This document shows positions 63,243 through 64,000 of a DNA stretch of 64,000 bases, piece by piece. Position numbers and translations under genes: made by a program. The notes under the pieces were generated by a model that saw nothing but the letters and a program-made list of their open reading frames with translations, did no database searches and was not told the DNA's origin. Position 1 is the first letter of the stretch, and every line of letters starts with the position of its first letter. This DNA is from Podarcis cretensis (Eukaryota): NCBI GenBank assembly GCA_951804945.1, contig OX638150.1, forward strand, positions 102,858,001 through 102,922,000. The letters run 5' to 3'.

Positions 63243-64000
63243 TTTCCAAATGCACAGAGGATGCTCATCCCTACATGTTGCTTCGATGGGTTAAAACACA
63301 CACACACTTTCTGAAATATGAACAGCAAAGCTCTTCTCCTTTTGAAAATGTACCTAGCTCAGTCTGAAGGGAATGTTCCTGCAGAAAGAGGAGGGGGCTG
63401 TCTTCCAAACTATTAGCAGTGACTTTTTCCCTTTTATAACAAGGGTTTTACCCTGCAGGAGAAGAGAGGGAAAGAGGCAGAGTCAACGTCACGGATAAAA
63501 TTCAAGCCCAAACCTAATTTTCATGCTCTACTTATTTGGCTGGATCAGAGGTCCTGACGGAGATCCTTGAGAATGTGGAAAAAATTAAGTGTGAGTATGT
63601 GAAAGCAAAAAAAGGCAGCTAGTCTCAAAGATGTAGTTGGGTCCAGTCCCCCACCTTTTCGGATTGCGAGACTACACAGATCACCAGTCTTGTTTCTTCA
63701 GTGTAGATGCTGCCAGAGAGAGAACCCACACAGGAGTTTTTCAGGGACCTAAATCCATTTCCCTTTCGTCCTTAGGTTGACCCATTGGAAATTGGCCAAT
63801 AATCCACCAGTCACTACCAGATGAAGTTTACCCCTGCAGAGATGGCCAAAGTACCATTTAAAAAATGGTTGGGAGCTGCCATTTTAACTCCCCACAATTC
63901 CTTGGAGTGCCTGGCCTAATGTCATTCCATGGTGTTGTGGCAAATTAAAATGGAGGCTCACAAGCCCAGTTGCCTGGTGTGAAGGGCCTGCCGTAGGCCT

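Noticed and set aside
63459-63596. Plus-strand exon candidate (EVLTEILENVEKIK|gtgagt)
   Set aside because: All frames from the nearest strong acceptor hit stops, and no partner exons were identified.

Overview
Eukaryotic, repeat-rich, mostly non-coding DNA from a squamate reptile, most likely a lacertid lizard (inferred from Sauria, Squam2-like and Squam3-like SINEs; repeat family names are from memory, not from a database search). The only well-supported gene landmark is a CpG island at ~43.98-44.9 kb. It holds a probable minus-strand first exon ending ATG GAA CCC GTT AAC CAG|gtaagg (MEPVNQ), so most of 1-44.2 kb is probably intron. I could not identify the gene or confidently place further exons. 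A repeat-poor block at ~55.8-58.2 kb may be the last exon/3'UTR of a neighbouring gene. The remainder is transposon-derived: SINEs, CR1/L2/RTE/L1 fragments, six copies of a TA-flanked Tc1/pogo-type MITE, hAT MITEs, solo LTRs, Penelope-derived palindromes, a DIRS/Ngaro-like insertion and microsatellites. Most notable: (1) two 'ORF1-only' L1-derived elements, one full-length with a 19-bp TSD and one with intact ORF1 joined by an ATGA overlap to the last 47 codons of ORF2, whose ORFs share the C-terminus (K/R)ASDxRxPG-stop; (2) a SINE flanked by a 134-bp direct duplication; (3) repeated 'stuttering' template-switch SINE 5' junctions; (4) a perfect 50-bp Penelope-type hairpin whose loop is a (TATACTTAG)n array; (5) a structured RNA motif inside the DIRS-like insertion. 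Most short ORFs in the supplied track are noise.
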